A DNA stretch of 35,813 nucleotides, taken from assembly GCA_030666935.1 (NCBI GenBank), contig DAOUWX010000002.1:1-35813 (forward strand), written 5' to 3'. Positions 34,811 to 35,813 of this stretch are shown here, piece by piece. Source of the stretch: Atribacterota bacterium (GTDB taxonomy: Bacteria; Atribacterota; Phoenicimicrobiia; Phoenicimicrobiales; Phoenicimicrobiaceae). A program made the position numbers and the translations under genes. Position 1 is the stretch's first letter; every line of letters begins with the position of its first letter. The notes below the pieces were generated by a model. That model ran no database searches. It had not been told where the DNA came from and worked only from the letters and a program-made list of their open reading frames with translations.

Positions 34811-35813
34811 ATGGCAAAATATAAGATAGCCTGGCTGCCGGGCGATGGAATCGGAAATGAAGTAATGGAGGCAGCGAGGATTGCATTGGATGTGCTAAAA
34901 CTGGATGCTGATTATATACCTGGCGATATGGGTTGGGAATTCTGGAAAAAAGAAGGAAACCCTTTACCTAATAGAACTATAAAACTTCTTAAAGAGACTG
35001 ATTGCTGTCTCTTTGGAGCGATAACCTCCAAGCCTAAAGAAGAAGCAGAAAAGGAACTTACCCCTGAGCTTAAAGGAAAAGGTTATGTTTATTCAAGTCC
35101 TATTGTAAGACTACGACAGGAATTTAAATTACATACTAATCTGAGACCGTGCAAAGCCTACAAAGGAAATCCACTGAATTATAGAGATGACATAGATTTG
35201 GTAGTTTTTCGGGAAAATACCGAAGGGTTATACAGTGGAGTGGAATTTCATCCTCTACCCAAAGAAGTAATGGATTCTCTTTTAGAAAATCATCCTAAAA
35301 TGAAAAGGTTTATGAATACCTCTTTAGAAGATATTGCTTTGTCTTGTAGAATCTTTACTCGGAAAGCTTGCCAATCGATTATTCGTCAGGGTTTTGAATA
35401 TGCCAAGAAGTTTAACAGAAATTCAGTTACTGTTATTGAGAAACCAAATGTAATCAGAGAGACCAGTGGATTGATGGTAAGAGAAGCCCGCAAGATTGCC
35501 TTGGAATATCCCGGAATCGAACTCTGGGAGACTAACATAGATGCAATGTGTATGTGGCTGGTCAAGAATCCTCAAAATTATAGTGTTCTGGTTTCTTCCA
35601 ATATGTTCGGAGATATAGTTTCTGATCTTTGTGCTCAATTAATAGGCGGTTTAGGGTTTGCCTCCAGTGCCAACATTGGAGATGATTATGCCCTCTTTGA
35701 ACCAACTCATGGCTCTGCTCCTAAATATGCAGGGAAATTCAAAGTAAATCCCATGGCGATGCCTTTAACGGTTAAATTAATGTTGGATTATTTAGAAGAC
35801 AAAGAATTGGCTC
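34811..35813 (+). CDS. Isocitrate/isopropylmalate/homoisocitrate dehydrogenase-family beta-decarboxylating dehydrogenase; 3' end off-window
   Basis: Not in the supplied ORF track because there is no stop in the window. I translated from ATG 34811, which lies 2 nt after the LeuD-type stop and has a GAAGGGAG RBS: 'KIAWLPGDGIGNEV', 'NLRPCKAY', 'VVFRENTEGLYSG' and 'NMFGDIVSDLCAQLIGGLGFASSANIG' family signature. No stop through 35813. Confidence 0.85.
   Translation, partial: MAKYKIAWLPGDGIGNEVMEAARIALDVLKLDADYIPGDMGWEFWKKEGNPLPNRTIKLLKETDCCLFGAITSKPKEEAEKELTPELKGKGYVYSSPIVRLRQEFKLHTNLRPCKAYKGNPLNYRDDIDLVVFRENTEGLYSGVEFHPLPKEVMDSLLENHPKMKRFMNTSLEDIALSCRIFTRKACQSIIRQGFEYAKKFNRNSVTVIEKPNVIRETSGLMVREARKIALEYPGIELWETNIDAMCMWLVKNPQNYSVLVSSNMFGDIVSDLCAQLIGGLGFASSANIGDDYALFEPTHGSAPKYAGKFKVNPMAMPLTVKLMLDYLEDKELA

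Noticed and set aside
1-35813. Defence systems, toxin-antitoxin pairs, CRISPR arrays, prophage or integron structures, tRNA/rRNA genes.
   Set aside because: No candidate nuclease/ATPase/helicase-type ORFs, repeat-spacer arrays, integrase genes or cloverleaf-like GC-rich segments were seen. Every sizeable ORF has a metabolic, transport or regulatory assignment.

Overview
This is a 35.8-kb AT-rich bacterial segment with AGGAGG-type RBSs. It looks like a low-GC anaerobe, but the taxon cannot be fixed without a search. Every credible gene except one is on the + strand. The window is a chain of catabolic modules, not a defence or mobile island. (i) Partial cyclic amidohydrolase plus GTP-dependent PEPCK. 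(ii) RraA-like aldolase, Ldh2-family dehydrogenase, TRAP transporter, FGGY kinase, Zn-ADH and class I aldolase; this resembles the E. coli yiaK-lyxK 2,3-diketo-L-gulonate system with a different lower half. (iii) MoaD-like GG protein, tungsten-type aldehyde:ferredoxin oxidoreductase, Fe-ADH and GntR, followed by a triply disrupted DmpG-like aldolase pseudogene and a fused split-type transketolase. (iv) DDAH-like amidinohydrolase, a 63-codon in-frame deletion relic of ornithine carbamoyltransferase, a class III aminotransferase, a second TRAP system with a bicupin gene wedged between dctP and dctQM, a class I aminotransferase and IclR. (v) GntR, DUF1446 (AtuA-like), DUF4387, HD hydrolase, LeuCD-type dehydratase and an IPMDH/IDH-type dehydrogenase whose 3' end is off-window. 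The non-coding layer holds a 412-bp MITE with three subterminal repeats per end nested inside another ~85-bp repeat, a diverged composite intergenic unit (hairpin + AAGAAGGATTTTT box) present about four times, and several operator-like palindromes and heptamer arrays. The best candidate for unexplored biology is module (v), followed by the bicupin-TRAP-aminotransferase module and the MITE. All family calls rest on motif recognition by eye; no searches were run.
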